Part shown: positions 16,708-20,000 of the stretch, one piece after another
How the letters are laid out: every line of letters begins with the position of its first letter
How positions within the stretch are numbered: position 1 is the stretch's first letter
Virus record (IMG/VR): IMGVR_UViG_2627853864_000004
Length of the DNA stretch: 20,000 nt
Reading direction: 5' to 3' (one strand)
Origin: an uncultured virus (IMG/VR IMGVR_UViG_2627853864_000004)
Lineage: Duplodnaviria > Heunggongvirae > Uroviricota > Caudoviricetes
Notes under the pieces: generated by a model
Seen by the model: the letters and a program-made list of their open reading frames with translations, nothing else
Told to the model about the DNA's origin: nothing
The model's database searches: none
Program-made: the position numbers and the translations under genes

Positions 16708-18243
16708 ATGTGCCGCACCGCCAAGCGCCGCTGCCCCCACAATCCACAACGGGACCGAGAACGTCGGGCCGCGATGAAGACTTACCGTGCCGACTTGGCT
16801 TCCGCAGCAGCGCAGTTCGCAGGTCCTGGTGTGCTCTCGGTCATCGCTGCCGCACCCGCCTCCGCGCTGGCACCGATCGCCACCGATCTGGGGCTGGATC
16901 CCGCCACGGTATCCTCAGTGTCCCCGTCGACGCACGTCACCCACGACATCTCCGGAACACTGCGCGGACTGGCCGGCGCCAAAGCAGCCGACGCCGGTCA
17001 CGTTCCTTCCGAACACACCCTTCAGCGGGCCGCCATCCTGAACTACGAGCACTCCCGAGGGTACGAACCGCTGCACCCGCTGTTTGTCGGCGTGATCGCA
17101 CCTCCTCGCGAGCTGGACGATCTGCGGACCAGCTACGCCAAGGTGCACGAGCACACCGCCAGTGACGGTCTCGGCGTCGGCAACGCTCCCCTGACCGTCT
17201 CCGAACTCGGTACTATCGAGGCTGACCGGGCGAGGCGACGTCAAGAGATCGCCGACCTGTTCGTCGCCGAGACACGGCAAGACCGCGCCGACGCCGGTGA
17301 CAGCCAACAATGGTCGGAATGGCTTGCCGCCGAGCAGAACTCGATCACCACCGCCGAGACAGTGTCAAATACCGCGCCCACCCGGAAGAAAAGCACGGGG
17401 CGACAAACTGCTCCACAGATCAGTTTCCACACCGCCGACGGCTTTGAGGAGAACATCGACCCCGCGACCGCCACCCACATAGCCGCCGCGTACACGCGAC
17501 TGTCCGGGAACGACGTCGATATCCGATTCTTCGCCACCCACTCCGACGCGGTCCTGGCTCATGGCGTGCACATCGGACGGTGCGACACCCCGGCTGAGGC
17601 GATCGGCGAGGTGAACTGGAAGGCCTATCTGACGCGGGCCGACGGCGACGAACGGAAAGCCCGCGAGGCTGTGGCTACCGACATCGAGACTGTGTTCTCC
17701 AGCTCTGATGTTGCAGCGTTCGCGACCCGCGCGTCGCACCGCAGGGCATTGAAAGTCTCCGAGGCCGTCGAAACCGCGGCGCGACGCTGGGAAGAAGACA
17801 CCGACGCGGCGTGGAAAGTCTTCCCGTCGAGCGGTCCGATCCGGCACCAGGTCATTCTCGACGGACTGTTGCGTCCCCGGCATCTGATTGGCGACGACCC
17901 GTTCGACCTGTACGACGGTGTCGCTACCTATTCCTCCGGAGGGGTCTATCTGCCGGAGTCGAACGTGGTCGAGGCGATGGTGACCCACGTGAAAATGCTG
18001 CACCAACACCACGATCTCCGTATGCAGGCAGTGGCCGACGCGATCATCGATCGTGCCCGCGCCGCACGTGATCTTCCCACCGGCAGCTTCGCTGAGCGCA
18101 TCGAGCGGCAGTGGCAGCTCGTGGAACTGGCGGACGCAGCCGAGCTGCTGACCGAGGGTTCGGACTACATCGAGGACGTGACACTGTTGACTGCGAACGA
18201 TCCGAATCAGATGGAGTTGTTCGCACTGGCCGCCGCTGCATAG
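16708..18243 (+). CDS. Hypothetical 511-aa protein with N-terminal MCRxxxRRCP motif and C-terminal QMELF clamp-binding-like motif
   Basis: RBS TAAGGAG upstream of ATG 16708; long ORF with high-GC3 codons; no catalytic family recognised. Confidence 0.85.
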   Translation: MCRTAKRRCPHNPQRDRERRAAMKTYRADLASAAAQFAGPGVLSVIAAAPASALAPIATDLGLDPATVSSVSPSTHVTHDISGTLRGLAGAKAADAGHVPSEHTLQRAAILNYEHSRGYEPLHPLFVGVIAPPRELDDLRTSYAKVHEHTASDGLGVGNAPLTVSELGTIEADRARRRQEIADLFVAETRQDRADAGDSQQWSEWLAAEQNSITTAETVSNTAPTRKKSTGRQTAPQISFHTADGFEENIDPATATHIAAAYTRLSGNDVDIRFFATHSDAVLAHGVHIGRCDTPAEAIGEVNWKAYLTRADGDERKAREAVATDIETVFSSSDVAAFATRASHRRALKVSEAVETAARRWEEDTDAAWKVFPSSGPIRHQVILDGLLRPRHLIGDDPFDLYDGVATYSSGGVYLPESNVVEAMVTHVKMLHQHHDLRMQAVADAIIDRARAARDLPTGSFAERIERQWQLVELADAAELLTEGSDYIEDVTLLTANDPNQMELFALAAAA

Positions 18244-18406
18244 TCGAAACCCGTGCGGGCCAGCCACGTTGAACACGCTCTGCTCGGGAGTTGCAGCGGC
18301 ACGCAGAATTTCTCCTGTGTGGGTGTCCAGGTCCAGGTACCAGACCGGCCCGCCGCCACGACTTGCACGGAGCCAACCAGACCCGCCGCCGCGCACGGTG
18401 CACACC

Positions 18407-18442
18407 CGGCACTACGGACGGCGCTACAGACGGAACTACCAG
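18407..18442. repeat. Three imperfect 12-bp tandem repeats
   Basis: CGGCACTACGGA / CGGCGCTACAGA / CGGAACTACCAG in an intergenic region. Confidence 0.6.
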
Positions 18443-18573
18443 GCGTGATCCGGGCTGCGCCACGGGCGCCGATCCAGGGTTCCGGTGTATCCCGACCGCG
18501 CCGCAGACAGTCAGTGGCGTCGCTAGAACGCAGCATCTTTCCCGTTGCACCCCGACGGGAAAGGCCCAAGGCG

Positions 18574-18795
18574 ATGATCACTCACGACGAATTCCGCGCC
18601 CTGTGCGCGCAGTATCAGGACCGTCCAGAGACGCGCGGCGCCTTCATCGACTACGTGCGCGGACAGTACGTCTCGCACCGAGACTTGCACTGCGCAGCAG
18701 GCGCCGTGAAGACGGCGATGCCCACTCCAGAATCTGTTGCCGACATGGACGCTGTCATCGGCTACGTCGGCCAGCATTGGAAGGCGTTCGACTGA
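18574..18795 (+). CDS. Hypothetical protein (73 aa)
   Basis: RBS GAAAGG (18559-18564) before ATG 18574; helical globular sequence. Confidence 0.7.
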   Translation: MITHDEFRALCAQYQDRPETRGAFIDYVRGQYVSHRDLHCAAGAVKTAMPTPESVADMDAVIGYVGQHWKAFD

Positions 18796-18929
18796 GCGCG
18801 GCAGCGCTCCTGACGGACACCGACGGGTATCCGGTCCCTGCAGCTTCGTCGCGAGTGACCGTTAACCCATCGCTGCATCGAGCTGCCCTGACGCGCCGCA
18901 GCGGGCCCAAGCGCCGCGACCACAGCAGC

Positions 18930-19211
18930 ATGGCCACCATGACCAATTACCGAGTGGCATACGTGCTCAGCGGCGGGGAGCCCGTGGCGGTTTTCCTCGA
19001 CTCCGCTGCGGATTGCAACCCCGGCAACCTTATGACCTACATGCGAGTGGGCGAGCACGACGAGGGTTCGATCGAGTGGGTGCGCGAGCAGCCGCCGGCC
19101 GTCGAGTACCAGTACCGCGACCTGCACGCCTATCTCGCCCGCCGCTACGCCGATCCGTCACAAGGTGAGTCGCTGGAGCTGGTGATCGACCAGACAGGTC
19201 TGCCCCGGTAA
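18930..19211 (+). CDS. Hypothetical protein (~93 aa) of phage/plasmid type
   Basis: The 3' part of the 306-aa ORF has a globular composition (EPVAVF, TYMRVGEHDEGS, EYQYRDL). The 5' part overlaps another gene and looks non-coding. Confidence 0.7.
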   Translation: MATMTNYRVAYVLSGGEPVAVFLDSAADCNPGNLMTYMRVGEHDEGSIEWVREQPPAVEYQYRDLHAYLARRYADPSQGESLELVIDQTGLPR

Positions 19212-19301
19212 ACGCAGAGGCATGCCGGCGCACCACAACCCGCTCCAGCGGAGCGCGCCGCTGGATCCCCCTTCTCCGGGCAACACCTACCGTCACCGCT
19301 C

Positions 19302-20000
19302 ATGAAGCTCACCCGCATTTTCGCCAGCGCTGCCGCCCTCGTTGGCGCCGTCGCGGTGTTCACCGCGTCAGCGGCTCAGGCTGACCCGACCGACTCTGAT
19401 TCCCAGGTCTTGGGCGGGGTCATCGCCGCACAGGAACCGTTCTCAGTCATCTCGGTCGCAGACCTCCCTCTGCCGGCCGCCGGCTGGCAGCCGGTACTGG
19501 GTCATGACCGCACCAGCGGCGTACTGCCTGGCCTAGCGTCCTGCTCTGTCGACGGGATCCCCGCTGAAACCGATCTCGATCACCGCGCAGCGGCGACCAG
19601 CCCAGTGTTCGTCGCTGAGCTGCGACCCAGCAACCCAGAGGGAACCGAAGGGTGGGCCGGCACGGTCTCCGGTGCCGGCTATAACGGCATCAACGCCTCC
19701 AGCTACGCGCTGGCTTCCTATCGCCGCTACCTGGACACCTGCCGCACCGCGCCCGACCAGACCACCGACTACCACAACGCCGCGGTGGGCACCTCGGTGC
19801 TGGACCCGACGCAGGCACACGCACTCCTCGAGACCACTGACAGATGGGTGGAAGTGTTCGCCGTGGCCACGAACGATGGCCTGCTGGAAGCGACGTTCAC
19901 CCGTCCCAAGGACGGCCCAGTTTCGTTCGGATACAACGCCGCAGCGGTGTTCGGCGCGCTCAAGATGGCCGATCTTGGCGCTCTGGCACGCCGAGGGTAA
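19302..20000 (+). CDS. Secreted protein with probable PknH-like extracellular (sensor) domain
   Basis: Sec signal peptide ending ASAAQA. The pattern SVADLP...GW, first Cys (SC) and second Cys after an amphipathic helix (YRRYLDTC) fits the PknH_C-like fold. TACCGT lies 8 nt upstream of the ATG and TAA is at 19998-20000. Confidence 0.75.
   Translation: MKLTRIFASAAALVGAVAVFTASAAQADPTDSDSQVLGGVIAAQEPFSVISVADLPLPAAGWQPVLGHDRTSGVLPGLASCSVDGIPAETDLDHRAAATSPVFVAELRPSNPEGTEGWAGTVSGAGYNGINASSYALASYRRYLDTCRTAPDQTTDYHNAAVGTSVLDPTQAHALLETTDRWVEVFAVATNDGLLEATFTRPKDGPVSFGYNAAAVFGALKMADLGALARRG

Larger units (their letters stand above)
1..20000. mobile_element. Segment of a probable mycobacterial plasmid or integrative element carrying ESX (type VII)-associated genes and its own Prim-Pol replicase
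   Basis: No recognisable housekeeping gene in 20 kb. A Prim-Pol/helicase fusion, an ESX-2-like PPE, an SLT and many short orphan ORFs are present. No boundaries or integrase lie in the window, so this is inference. Confidence 0.65.

Noticed and set aside
16532..16777. 81-aa ORF with ATGA overlap to ATG 16774
   Set aside because: Low-complexity Arg/Ala sequence; the strong RBS before 16708 favours the longer downstream gene.
16518..18542. 12-bp inverted match GGAAAGATGCTG (16518-16529 and 18531-18542) flanking the 511-aa gene, as possible IS ends
   Set aside because: A 12-bp match is expected by chance in 20 kb and does not extend. No target duplication was seen and no transposase motif was recognised.
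18253..18929. 5' extensions of the 180-aa and 306-aa ORFs
   Set aside because: They overlap each other and a repeat-rich gap. Only the 3' portions look protein-like.
1..20000. Numerous long antisense or alternate-frame ORFs; CRISPR, tRNA, integrase and toxin-antitoxin candidates
   Set aside because: The alternate ORFs are typical high-GC shadows. No repeat-spacer array, cloverleaf or recombinase/TA motif was recognised.

Overview
High-GC actinobacterial DNA, almost certainly mycobacterial because it carries a PPE gene. It reads as part of a large plasmid or integrative element rather than core chromosome. The left part (0.2-7.7 kb) is an ESX-2/plasmid-ESX-like accessory cluster: a membrane-anchored protein, an orphan PPE69-like PPE, a divergent 507-aa protein whose C-terminus resembles a degenerate ADP-ribosyltransferase fold, a 754-aa protein with a hydrophobic hairpin and a catalytically dead NlpC/P60-like domain, and an Rv3896c-like lytic transglycosylase. 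The middle (8.3-12.2 kb) holds a fused Prim-Pol / Zn-motif / DUF3987-like ATPase / winged-helix replicase. It has a candidate LexA box upstream and is bracketed by two inverted copies of a 15-bp quasi-palindrome, each abutting a leaderless promoter. The right part has small membrane and hypothetical genes, a YbaB/EspL-like gene, a 511-aa protein ending in a beta-clamp motif inside an ssrA-like tail, and a secreted PknH-like protein. No rRNA, tRNA, CRISPR array, integrase or transposase was seen. All family calls come from motif recognition by eye, not from database searches.
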